The notes beneath the pieces are model-generated. The model searched no databases. It was not told the DNA's origin and was given only the letters and a program-made list of their open reading frames with translations. Below, in pieces: positions 8,713-17,539 of a DNA stretch of 64,000 bases. Source of the stretch: a bacterium (lineage in GTDB: Bacteria; Bacteroidota; Ignavibacteria; Kapaibacteriales; Kapaibacteriaceae); the NCBI GenBank assembly GCA_036834845.1, contig DAITNB010000001.1, forward strand, positions 21,121 to 85,120, in the 5' to 3' direction. The position numbers and the translations under genes were made by a program. Within the stretch, counting starts at the first letter, position 1. Each line of letters begins with the position of its first letter.

Positions 8713-9595
8713 GGTTTTTCCGGTAGAAGACGATGTCTGGTAGAACAATTGCAATCATGAGCACCACGGCACCCACAATCTGCCTGGCCGAGAACGATTC
8801 ACTGATAAGCATCCATGCAATCACAGACGCGGCAATTGGCTCGAGTGCAAAGATTACTCCCGCTCGTACGGGATGCGTAAAACGCTGATACCGCGTTTGC
8901 ACAAACGTTGGAATAACAGTTGCAAACACACCACAGTACCCTACGGCGATGAGCAGCGATGTATCTACTTCTACGTGAAGACTCTTTTCCGCCGCAGCAT
9001 CTGCGCCAATTGCCAGTGTTGCAATGGCAAGTGTTACAAGGAACTGCAACAACACCAGGGCGTTCTGCTTACGCGGATCACTATCGCGTTCGCCGGTCCA
9101 ACGATCGATGTACGTTAGGTATACGGCCCACAAGATTGCACTTGCCAGGGTAAGCACATCTCCAATGGTAAGCGCTCCGGTTTCGGGAGACGTAAACAAC
9201 GCCAATCCAATCAACACCAAAAGAATAGACACCGCATGATCTTTTCGAAGAGATGTGCCATTAACCACCCGCTGCACAAGCGGAACAAACACCACCATGG
9301 TTCCGGTGATGAAGGCCGAAGTTGATGCAGTGGTACTTGTTAGACCCATCGTTTGAAGAAGAAATCCCATTCCAAAGAGCGAGCCAACTACGAGACCTCG
9401 CATCAACGTTTTGGCATCTATCCCCCAAAGCTGTTTGCCCCAAATGGCCAGACCAATGATGCTTGCAACGCCAAAACGGAGTACTACAAACACACTTGGT
9501 AGAACATCCGTTACCTCCGTTTTAATCACGGCAAATGTTCCGGCCCACAACACCGTGATGAGAAGGAGCAGTAGCTCTGCTGAATGACGTTTCAT
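8705..9595 (-). CDS. EamA/DMT-family transporter
   Basis: 296 aa with about 10 hydrophobic helices and an N-terminus LLLLLITVLWAGTFAVIK typical of EamA-domain proteins. Confidence 0.8.
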   Translation of the reverse strand: MKRHSAELLLLLITVLWAGTFAVIKTEVTDVLPSVFVVLRFGVASIIGLAIWGKQLWGIDAKTLMRGLVVGSLFGMGFLLQTMGLTSTTASTSAFITGTMVVFVPLVQRVVNGTSLRKDHAVSILLVLIGLALFTSPETGALTIGDVLTLASAILWAVYLTYIDRWTGERDSDPRKQNALVLLQFLVTLAIATLAIGADAAAEKSLHVEVDTSLLIAVGYCGVFATVIPTFVQTRYQRFTHPVRAGVIFALEPIAASVIAWMLISESFSARQIVGAVVLMIAIVLPDIVFYRKNHD

Positions 9596-10962
9596 TTCTG
9601 CTCAGACATCAACTCGTAGAAGCGCGCCGCAGCCCGCATTCCGGTGTGAAAGTTATTGAGGTCGAAATGTTCATCCGGCGAATGGGCGTTCTCATTATTC
9701 AGACCAAAGCCCATAAGCACCGTAGGGGCGCGAAGTATCGTGTCGAACAACAGCACTACGGGTATCGATCCTCCCTCGCGGGTAAATCTGCATGGGGCTT
9801 CGAACGCTTCTTCTAAGGCCTTTACGGCAGCTCGCACCGCGGGAGTATCGCGCGAAACGATTACGGGGTTGGCACCATGTAAATCCGTTACACTCACCGT
9901 GAACCCCTCGGGAGTAATCTGATGGATGTAGTCGGAGATCTTTTGTACCACTTCATGATGATCTTGATTCGGCACTAAACGCATCGAAACCTTTGCCATG
10001 GCAACCGATGGTAGTACGGTTTTTGCACCTTCTCCAGTAAACCCACCAAGTATTCCGTTCACGTCCAAGGTTGGCCTTGCCCAGAGTCTTTCCGGGGTGG
10101 AATAGCCAGGTTCACCCATAAGTGCGCTCATGCCCACGTCCAACATCAGTCGCTCGTTGCTGTAGCCAAGGTCCGCAAGAGACTCGCGCTCCTTACTATC
10201 GAGCTCTACAACATTGTCGTAAAATCCGGGTATGGTAATGGTGCCGTCTTCGCTTTTGAGCTTGGCAATGATGTGTGCAAGTGCGTTCAGGGGATTGCCT
10301 ACCGCACCGCCGTACGAGCCAGAATGAAGGTCGCGATTCGGACCCGTAACATCTATCTGCACATAGGCAAGTCCGCGCAATCCATATACAATACTTGGAA
10401 CACCGGGAGCAAACATTGGTGTATCGGAAACAACTACAGCGTTGCACTGCAGTTTATGTGCGTTCTCCTCGAGGTACGGAGACAGGTTTGGACTACCAAT
10501 TTCTTCTTCTCCTTCGATGATGAGCTTTACGTTTACCGGCAGCGTAGTGCCCGCAGCATACAGCGCTTCGAGTGCATAGATGTGCAGTAACACTTGCCCC
10601 TTATCATCGGTAGCGCCACGTGCATACACCTTGCCATCGCGCACCACGGGTTCGAATGGTGGATTGGTCCATAAATTCAGTGGGTCTACGGGCTGTACGT
10701 CATAGTGACCATAAAACAACACTGTGGGTGCAGTGGCACCGGCGCGTAGGTCTTCGGCGTAAACAATGGGATGCCCATGTGTGGCGTGAATCTCCACCGT
10801 GGGCATACCGATGGATCGGAGTTTTGCTTCTAGCCAGTGGGCGCAGGCGGCTACGTCTGCCTCGTGTGCCGGGTCTGTGCTAATGCTTGGGATGCGGAGG
10901 AATTCGATGAGGTCGGCTTCGGCTTGTTCGCGTTTGCCTTGGAGATATTGATGGGTATTCAT
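9592..10962 (-). CDS. M20-family metallopeptidase (dipeptidase / ArgE-DapE-CPG2-like)
   Basis: ..LIEFLRIPSIS..HGHPIVYAE..FYGHYDVQPVDP..ARGATDDKGQ..IIEGEEEIGS.. are M20 metal-ligand motifs. I prefer the start at MNTHQYLQGK (10962). The longest ORF starts at 11052 and would overlap the divergent gene. Confidence 0.85.
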   Translation of the reverse strand: MNTHQYLQGKREQAEADLIEFLRIPSISTDPAHEADVAACAHWLEAKLRSIGMPTVEIHATHGHPIVYAEDLRAGATAPTVLFYGHYDVQPVDPLNLWTNPPFEPVVRDGKVYARGATDDKGQVLLHIYALEALYAAGTTLPVNVKLIIEGEEEIGSPNLSPYLEENAHKLQCNAVVVSDTPMFAPGVPSIVYGLRGLAYVQIDVTGPNRDLHSGSYGGAVGNPLNALAHIIAKLKSEDGTITIPGFYDNVVELDSKERESLADLGYSNERLMLDVGMSALMGEPGYSTPERLWARPTLDVNGILGGFTGEGAKTVLPSVAMAKVSMRLVPNQDHHEVVQKISDYIHQITPEGFTVSVTDLHGANPVIVSRDTPAVRAAVKALEEAFEAPCRFTREGGSIPVVLLFDTILRAPTVLMGFGLNNENAHSPDEHFDLNNFHTGMRAAARFYELMSEQK

Positions 10963-11044
10963 GGCTACAAAACTACCACGTCCTTGCTCCTGTGGCAGTT
11001 TACACCGATGTTTGTTGAGATTTTTCACTGATAAGGGGGCGGGC

Positions 11045-11728
11045 ATGGACACATATGGAATATTTGGTATTGAACTTCCGGAGTTATTGCTTCATCTGTC
11101 CTACCTTTTACTGGTGATTGGATCTCTGGTAAGAACAATACTGCCTCTGCGGGTACTCATCATTTTTTCGTGTATTGCCGGACTCCTCAGCGGGTTCTTC
11201 ACGGACTACGACGCAATGATGATATGGGAGGCCGGCTTTCTTGCGGTGAATGTTGTGCAGGTGGGCATTATCCTCCACGAACGAAATACTATTAACCTAA
11301 CACCCGAAGAGCGCGAGCTGCACGCAAAGAAATTTAGTGGACTCCAGTTGGTAGATTTTCACAAGCTGGTCCGCATTGGCTCGTGGGTTACGGCAGAGCC
11401 CGGTGTGCATCTAACCACACAAGGTAGTCCGGTTTCGCGTATTCTTCTCATCGCCGAGGGAACTGCCCAGGTAGAGATCGACGGCACGGTTGTTGCCTAT
11501 TGCGCTCTGGGCGATTTTGTAGGAGAAATGGCGTTTGTGTCTGGCAATCCGGCCAGTGCCACGGTTACAACCATTGCACAAACGCGTTATCTAATGTGGC
11601 GATTCGAGGAACTTCACGGCCTACTTGCCAAACATCCCGACATTCAGAGCGCGCTGCAAACGGTATTCTCAAAGAACCTTATCGAAAAACTGTCGCGCGA
11701 TTCAGCAGATCTTACAGCGAAAGTGTAA
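11045..11728 (+). CDS. Small membrane protein with three TM helices and a C-terminal cyclic-nucleotide-binding-like (CAP effector) domain
   Basis: Start re-picked at MDTYGIFGIE (ATG 11045). There are three hydrophobic helices, then a cNMP-binding-type beta-barrel ending in GDFVGEMAFVSGNPASATVTT. The usual phosphate-binding-cassette Arg (RSA) is replaced by Ala (ASA). Confidence 0.7.
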   Translation: MDTYGIFGIELPELLLHLSYLLLVIGSLVRTILPLRVLIIFSCIAGLLSGFFTDYDAMMIWEAGFLAVNVVQVGIILHERNTINLTPEERELHAKKFSGLQLVDFHKLVRIGSWVTAEPGVHLTTQGSPVSRILLIAEGTAQVEIDGTVVAYCALGDFVGEMAFVSGNPASATVTTIAQTRYLMWRFEELHGLLAKHPDIQSALQTVFSKNLIEKLSRDSADLTAKV

Positions 11729-11751
11729 GACACAAATCAATGGTTTTTCCG

Positions 11752-11759
11752 TAGTTTCC
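11752..11759 (+). promoter_or_regulatory. Variant -7 box TAGTTTCC (context CGTAGTTTCC) upstream of the MBL-fold gene
   Basis: 25 nt upstream of the ATG at 11785. It resembles the CGTAnnTTT(G/C)G boxes seen elsewhere in the window but is an imperfect match. Confidence 0.25.
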
Positions 11760-11784
11760 CCTATTCGTATCACGAAGGACCGAC

Positions 11785-12624
11785 ATGGTCGAACAGCCAA
11801 TTACACAACCCCTTACCCTCACAAACGATGGTTCTCTCGACATCGTTTTTATTGGTACCGGTACGGCATTTGCACGACAACTCTTTCAGACCAATCTTCT
11901 CATTATCAAGGGTAACTCCCATGTGTTAGTGGATTTTGGCATGACGGGTCCGCAAGCGCTTACGTCCTTGGGTCTATCGCCGCTTGATATTCGAACAATT
12001 CTGCCTACCCATTCGCATGCAGATCATATAGGGGGCCTGGAGTACCTAACGCTTGTAAATAGGTACATGGCTATCCCCGCCGGCAAACCCAAACTTCAAA
12101 TGATTGTTACGGACGAGTACCGTCCCGTGCTGTGGGATGCTTCGTTGCGTGGCGGACTTGAATACAACGAACAGAACGCAGAAGGAACTCGGTTGTCGTT
12201 TAACGACTTCTACGAAACCTTTACACCGCAACTGATTAGCACCGAGCCCCGTTCTGTATTTACGATAGACTTCGAAGGCATCCACATCGAGCTATTTCAT
12301 ACAAACCACATCCCGGGCGAAGCAGGCACCGCTAAGGATGCGTTTATCACGTACGGTTTGTTGATTGATAACAGGGTTTTCTACTCCGGTGATACGAAGT
12401 TCGATCCCGACCTGATTGCATCGTACTCCGATCGGGCCGAGGTGCTCTTTCATGACGCCAGCCGCACGCCGGTGCAAGTGCACGCATGGATCGAAAATCT
12501 GCGGACGTTGCCTGAAGATGTGCGCCGGAAAATGTATCTGGCGCATTACCAAGACGATGTCTCAGACAGCGACGCAGCCGATTTTGCGGGATTGGCAAAA
12601 CAAGGCGTTATCTACCGTTTTTAG
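11785..12624 (+). CDS. MBL-fold metallo-hydrolase
   Basis: The HxHxDH motif (PTHSHADHIGG) and later His/Asp ligands (..ELFHTNH.., ..YSGDTKF.., ..LFHDAS..) are arranged as in the metallo-beta-lactamase fold. Confidence 0.8.
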   Translation: MVEQPITQPLTLTNDGSLDIVFIGTGTAFARQLFQTNLLIIKGNSHVLVDFGMTGPQALTSLGLSPLDIRTILPTHSHADHIGGLEYLTLVNRYMAIPAGKPKLQMIVTDEYRPVLWDASLRGGLEYNEQNAEGTRLSFNDFYETFTPQLISTEPRSVFTIDFEGIHIELFHTNHIPGEAGTAKDAFITYGLLIDNRVFYSGDTKFDPDLIASYSDRAEVLFHDASRTPVQVHAWIENLRTLPEDVRRKMYLAHYQDDVSDSDAADFAGLAKQGVIYRF

Positions 12625-12654
12625 CGTCCTCAATACAGCGAGCCAAAGCAAGTA

Positions 12655-13788
12655 TCAGTCTTCGTGGGCTTTCATGGCCTTCGTGTACACGGCTTCGTAC
12701 ATCGGAACGATGCGATCGATGTTGAATAACTCCACGGCACGTTTGCGGGAGTTCTCGCGGAAAGCACCCAGCTTCTTCGGGTTAGTGAGCAATTCCACAC
12801 AATAACGCGCCATCCGCGATACGTCTCCCAGTTCGGCTACAAATCCTGTATCGTCTTGGCGCACTACCTCTGGTATACCACCAATGTTTGTGGCTACAAC
12901 AGGCACTCCACACGCCATTGCCTCTAAGGCACTCAGGCCAAAACTCTCTTGCTGCGATGGAAGTAGGAAGATGTCGGCTGCCGAGAGTATTTCGGGCAAG
13001 GCAGACTGCTTGCCCAGGAACGTAACGTACTCTTCTACGTGAAGCTCGCGGCACAAACGCTCCGCATCACTTCGTTCGGGTCCATCACCAACGAACACAA
13101 GGCGGGCCGACACCTTGTTCCGCACTTCTGCAAGTATTCGGATGCAGTCCTGCACACGCTTAACTGGACGGAAGTTCGACACATGCATCAGAATGTGCTC
13201 GCCGTTTGCGCGTAAGCGCCGCTCTACCTGAGAGCATTCGGTCCGTGTGTAGAACTCGGTGTCTACAAAGTTGGGAATCACTTCGATATTAAGGTCTGAA
13301 CCAAAACTCTGACGAGTTTTTTCCTGAAGGAACCGCGACACCGCCGTTACAACATCACTCTTTTCGATCGAGAACTTCACCAACGGCTGAAATGTTGGCT
13401 CGAGACCAACAAGTGTAATGTCTGTACCATGAAGCGTAGTAACCACCCTAAAAGGGGTAGACGATGCTGCTATTTCCTTGGCAAGGTAGGCACTAATGGC
13501 ATGAGGAATGGCATAATGAACATGAACCACGTCGAGGTGTTCGTATTTTGCCACATCGAGGATCTTTCCTGCTAACGCCAACGTGTATTGGTTAAACTCC
13601 AGCAATGGGTACGAAGGTGTTTCCACTTCGTGGTAGAAGATGTTATCCTGAAATCGATCGAGCCGCATTGGTTGGGCATACGTGATGAAGTGTACGCTGT
13701 GTCCCCTTCTGGCTAGGGCCTGACCAAGTTCGGTAGCTAAAACTCCGCTGCCCCCGTACGTGGGGTAACACACCATTCCAATACGCAT
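12655..13788 (-). CDS. bshA: N-acetyl-alpha-D-glucosaminyl L-malate synthase BshA (GT4 glycosyltransferase, bacillithiol pathway)
   Basis: The N-terminus MRIGMVCYPTYGGSGVLATELGQALARRGHSVHFIT.. and ..VVTTLHGTDITLVG.. closely follow the BshA pattern as I remember it from Bacillus BshA. The C-terminal GT4 motif is ..LLPSQQESFGLSALEAMACGVPVVATNIGGIPEVV. Confidence 0.8.
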   Translation of the reverse strand: MRIGMVCYPTYGGSGVLATELGQALARRGHSVHFITYAQPMRLDRFQDNIFYHEVETPSYPLLEFNQYTLALAGKILDVAKYEHLDVVHVHYAIPHAISAYLAKEIAASSTPFRVVTTLHGTDITLVGLEPTFQPLVKFSIEKSDVVTAVSRFLQEKTRQSFGSDLNIEVIPNFVDTEFYTRTECSQVERRLRANGEHILMHVSNFRPVKRVQDCIRILAEVRNKVSARLVFVGDGPERSDAERLCRELHVEEYVTFLGKQSALPEILSAADIFLLPSQQESFGLSALEAMACGVPVVATNIGGIPEVVRQDDTGFVAELGDVSRMARYCVELLTNPKKLGAFRENSRKRAVELFNIDRIVPMYEAVYTKAMKAHED

Positions 13789-13806
13789 GATTTCCTTTCT
13801 CGTGTA

Positions 13807-14427
13807 ATGAAGTTCCCACCGTACGAAAGCCTACGACGCGAAACCGAGGTCGAAATTACCATCAAACGCTCGGTCTTTCGCGCATCAATTGCTCCCTGCA
13901 CAACGAAAGATGAAGCTCAAGAGTTTCTCGACACTGTGCGGGCGAAGTATTGGGATGCGGTGCATCATTGCTATGCATGGCGTTTGGGTCCGCATGGGTT
14001 GGAGTATCGTATGAGCGACGACGGAGAACCCTCCGGCACGGCAGGAAAACCTATTCTGTTTGCGCTTCAGCGAGCAAATGTTAGCGATGCCATTGTTGTT
14101 GTTACACGCTACTTTGGTGGTGTTAAACTTGGCGTAGGCCCGCTGGCACGAGCGTACGCCGAAGTAACAGCCATGGCGCTAGAACAAGCCGAACGCTGGC
14201 TGGTGCGACAGATTGTGCACGTACGCGTGTTTTGTTCGTATGACGATGTATCAACTGTGACGAGAATCTTCGAGGCCGCAGACGCGCGCTATACCCCAAC
14301 CTATTCAGACGCCATTACGTTCGAAGTAGATGTGGCCGAAGAGGCAGCAGAGGCAATGCTCGAAGAAATTGTAGACAAAACGCAAGCCAGAGCAGGATAC
14401 TTAAAAGTCCCCGCCGAGCGAGAATAA
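13807..14427 (+). CDS. yigZ: IMPACT-family protein YigZ
   Basis: ..IKRSVFRASIAP.., ..AVHHCYAWRLG.., ..SDDGEPSGTAGKPIL.., ..VVVTRYFGGVKLG.. are the UPF0029/IMPACT signature blocks. Confidence 0.85.
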   Translation: MKFPPYESLRRETEVEITIKRSVFRASIAPCTTKDEAQEFLDTVRAKYWDAVHHCYAWRLGPHGLEYRMSDDGEPSGTAGKPILFALQRANVSDAIVVVTRYFGGVKLGVGPLARAYAEVTAMALEQAERWLVRQIVHVRVFCSYDDVSTVTRIFEAADARYTPTYSDAITFEVDVAEEAAEAMLEEIVDKTQARAGYLKVPAERE

Positions 14428-17400
14428 ATAGAACGGCTGAGATGTGCCGCCCCACGGCTCGTTTCTCCACGCCACATCGAAGCGCAGCGGAAGCCCGAGT
14501 GCTAAGGACCGTATGCCTACGCCAAAACTCGTGAGTACGGGGTTGGGTGCAGGGCGTCCGTCTGGCATCCACGCATTGCCATTGCGATCCCATGCGCCCC
14601 CTGCATCAAAAAATACCTGACCCTGCAATCCTTGGAACAAACTTGGAAGGGGGCCTGCCTGGAATGCAAACAGAAACGGAAATCGGAACTCGACATTCGA
14701 CACAAAGTATTGTGTACCGTTCCGCTCGTTCAATGCCCATCCGCGGAGTGGCCAGCCGGGTCGAGTAAACGCAAAGTCTTCTGGGTTTACAAAGGGCCAG
14801 CCGTTGTCGCTAAAAAATCTGTTGAACCAATTTTCTACGCCTCCGATGAAGAACTTCTGAGGATTGCCGCCAATACTAATACCGCCGTTGCCACGCACAG
14901 CAATGGTATAGTTGTCACCAAGACGCAGGTAATGCCTTGCATCGATGCGTGCTGTGGCAAACGACAATCCATTCACAGACCACCCCGGAGAGGCCTCGAG
15001 GGAAATGTTCATGCGGGTGCCTTTTACCGGAGCCCAAAATCCCCAGAGCACGTCGTCCATAACGTAGGACAACGTTGGAACGGTAACAAAGCGGGAGAGC
15101 ACCGGCTCCTGAGGCACGTCTACGTTCTCGCGGTTCATCACCATAACTTGAGCACCGACGTCTATTCTGCTATATCGCGAGAAGGGATAGGTTGCCCAGG
15201 CAATGGCGCCATAGTTCCGCAGACGGTAAAGGTAGGTGAAGGCCGATCCCTGTGGCTGGATGTACGTAAAGCCGGCGTTTTGGAATACGGCAACATGGTA
15301 GTCTACGATGTCTGGCAAATAGCCGTAGGACAAGAGAAAACTCGAATTGTTGAGATCGAGAAAGAGATTTGCACGGAAGTACAGCTCGTGATCGCCCATC
15401 ATGTCCGTAAAGAGTAGGTCTATCTGACCATTTGCCCCAAACCAGTTACTGTAGCCGGCGTTTCCTGTTACGATGTCTGGCGAAAACGTAACCTTGTAGT
15501 CCTTCGGTGTAAAATCTGTTGGCCCACGTCCGCCGTTGTTTGGACTGCGCTCGTCCTTGGTTGGCACCACAACGTCTTCGTTGGGCTTAACCGCCATTTG
15601 TTTAGAAAGATCCACATCGAAGTCGCCATAACTTACTGCCGTGGTATCCTTGGCAGCCAACCGGTCCATAACGCCCGCAAGGGAGTTCCGCTGCTCCACT
15701 TCCTGCTGCCGAAACCGCGTTAGAGGCAACGTGTCGAGTTCGCGCAGGTCGAGAGGAAATTTGATCATAAAGATATCGTAGCCCACTCTGTTCTGCGACG
15801 CAAACAGAAGTTTGCTACCATCTGGAGCCATTGATATCTGGCTAACCTCTTGTAGCGAGTTTGTAAGGGCTGCGCGCCTGCCTGTTGCAAGGTCGAGCTT
15901 CCAGAGATTCGATATCCCGTTATAGTCTGCGCAATACAAGAGCGAACCGCCGTCTGGAGTTATCTGCAGGGAATATTTGCCAACATCCGGATCTCTCGTA
16001 ATTCGCTCGATCTCACCGCCGTTTACGGAAACACGGTACACGTCGCGCGAGTCTACGTTGTGGTCCCACATTTCAAAGTTCTTCGTGGTCTCTAAACCAG
16101 AGGTAAACTTTGCTCTGTCGCTGATGAAGTAGATGTATCGCGAATCCGGCGTCCACGCCGGAGTCATGTCTGTAAACACGTCGTTGGTTACCTTGCGAAC
16201 CTTCTTTGTAGCGATTTCATAGACGTAGATATCGGAATGTTGTCCACCCGAGTCTGCATCAAATGCAATCATTGATCCATCGGGCGACCACGTAACGGCA
16301 CCAATGGTCTGAAAATTAAATGTGAGCATTTCGTAGGACTCAGATGCCACGTCGATCAGGTAAATAGCATCCTGTCCACCGGTCTTTGCACCAACCGCAA
16401 GTTTGGTACCTTCGGGATTCCAGGAAATTCCTGGTGTTAAGAAGTTCAGTTCCTCAAAATCTGTCGAACGCGCACTTGCGGCAAGTCTTCGCACATCCTT
16501 GGTGCGAATGTCCATAAGCCACAAACCAAACGTTCTATCTCCTCTGTCTGATATAAACGCCACACGTTCGCCGTCCGGAGAGAGCGCGGGAGACGTGTTG
16601 TAGAAGTAATTCTCTTTCTGGTGATTGGTAAGTCTGGTTGCGAAGTCTTCTACGTATTCGTACTTGTTTACATCTGGAAAGTAAAACTTCTTCTCGTCCT
16701 TCGCCCACTGCTCCGACATTTCTTCGTACGACATACCAAACGCGGCGCGAAAGGTTCTGTCTACATCACCTATTGTGCGGAAGCGGTTAAGTACCTCTCC
16801 CACCTTGCCCTTGCCATATTTTGTTGCGATGTAACTCCAAAATGCCTGACCTCCTCTATAAGCGAAATAGCCGTTGAGCTGTGAAATACCTCGCAGGTAC
16901 TCGCTCACTGCTACGTCGCGCATAAACATGTCGGTTTTTATGTCTAGTCCACCAGCACTCGAATACTCAGCAAAACCCTCGTTCATCCAGAGTGGCAGCA
17001 TTGCGGCTCCACTATTGCTCATGAGCGATTGAATAGAGCCACCGTAAAACATGTCGTTAATAACTGCGTGAACGAGTTCGTGATGGATTACATGGCGGAA
17101 CTTTGCATAGTCACCTTCGAACGGTATCACTACCCTGTTCTTAAACAGTTCTGTTACGCCCCCTATCCCCTCCGTCATAAACTCGTTGATAACGTTTGTT
17201 TGCTGAAACTGATTGTGCGAGTTATAAATGATAAACACAATGCGCTTCGATATAGAAAACGATAGCTCATCTTGTATCTGACTTAGGGCGTCTTCTGCTT
17301 TCAGTGCAGCGTAACGTGCTATGTAGTCTGCATCGCCGTGGTAATACACATCAAAGTTCTTCGACTGTATGTATTTCCAGTTAAACTTCTCGTACTGCTT

Positions 17401-17505
17401 CTTGTTCTTACCAAATGGCAGGCTACCCGCCATAAACTGCGCGTTGATCGCGGCCGAAGAAAGCAGCAGGAGAATGGGGAGGATAAATTTCATTGTATGG
17501 GGCAT
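14401..17505 (-). CDS. Outer-membrane multidomain protein: gluzincin-like metallopeptidase domain + PD40 (TolB-like) beta-propeller repeats + Omp85/surface-antigen (D15) beta-barrel
   Basis: I prefer the start at MPHTMKFILPILLLLSSAAINAQ (signal peptide, 17505); the longest ORF starts at 17649. HExxH with a downstream Glu motif: HVIHHELVHAV..(27 aa)..WMNEGFAEY. At least six PD40-like repeats are present (LSPDGERVAF, WNPEGTKLAV, WSPDGSMIAF, WTPDSRYIYF, ITPDGGSLLY, MAPDGSKLLF). The C-terminus ..FGVGIRSLALGLPLRFDVAW..FYLFSLGGDF ends in Phe, as in Omp85-type barrels. Confidence 0.75.
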   Translation of the reverse strand: MPHTMKFILPILLLLSSAAINAQFMAGSLPFGKNKKQYEKFNWKYIQSKNFDVYYHGDADYIARYAALKAEDALSQIQDELSFSISKRIVFIIYNSHNQFQQTNVINEFMTEGIGGVTELFKNRVVIPFEGDYAKFRHVIHHELVHAVINDMFYGGSIQSLMSNSGAAMLPLWMNEGFAEYSSAGGLDIKTDMFMRDVAVSEYLRGISQLNGYFAYRGGQAFWSYIATKYGKGKVGEVLNRFRTIGDVDRTFRAAFGMSYEEMSEQWAKDEKKFYFPDVNKYEYVEDFATRLTNHQKENYFYNTSPALSPDGERVAFISDRGDRTFGLWLMDIRTKDVRRLAASARSTDFEELNFLTPGISWNPEGTKLAVGAKTGGQDAIYLIDVASESYEMLTFNFQTIGAVTWSPDGSMIAFDADSGGQHSDIYVYEIATKKVRKVTNDVFTDMTPAWTPDSRYIYFISDRAKFTSGLETTKNFEMWDHNVDSRDVYRVSVNGGEIERITRDPDVGKYSLQITPDGGSLLYCADYNGISNLWKLDLATGRRAALTNSLQEVSQISMAPDGSKLLFASQNRVGYDIFMIKFPLDLRELDTLPLTRFRQQEVEQRNSLAGVMDRLAAKDTTAVSYGDFDVDLSKQMAVKPNEDVVVPTKDERSPNNGGRGPTDFTPKDYKVTFSPDIVTGNAGYSNWFGANGQIDLLFTDMMGDHELYFRANLFLDLNNSSFLLSYGYLPDIVDYHVAVFQNAGFTYIQPQGSAFTYLYRLRNYGAIAWATYPFSRYSRIDVGAQVMVMNRENVDVPQEPVLSRFVTVPTLSYVMDDVLWGFWAPVKGTRMNISLEASPGWSVNGLSFATARIDARHYLRLGDNYTIAVRGNGGISIGGNPQKFFIGGVENWFNRFFSDNGWPFVNPEDFAFTRPGWPLRGWALNERNGTQYFVSNVEFRFPFLFAFQAGPLPSLFQGLQGQVFFDAGGAWDRNGNAWMPDGRPAPNPVLTSFGVGIRSLALGLPLRFDVAWRNEPWGGTSQPFYLFSLGGDF

Positions 17506-17539
17506 GGCTGCGGATATGATACATCGCAATCGATGTTTG

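Noticed and set aside
14632-15417. A 261-aa plus-strand ORF inside the Omp85-barrel region. The 258-aa ORF at 27236..28012 inside tonB is a similar case.
   Set aside because: Both are antisense to genes with strong domain evidence and contain no motifs. They are treated as spurious.
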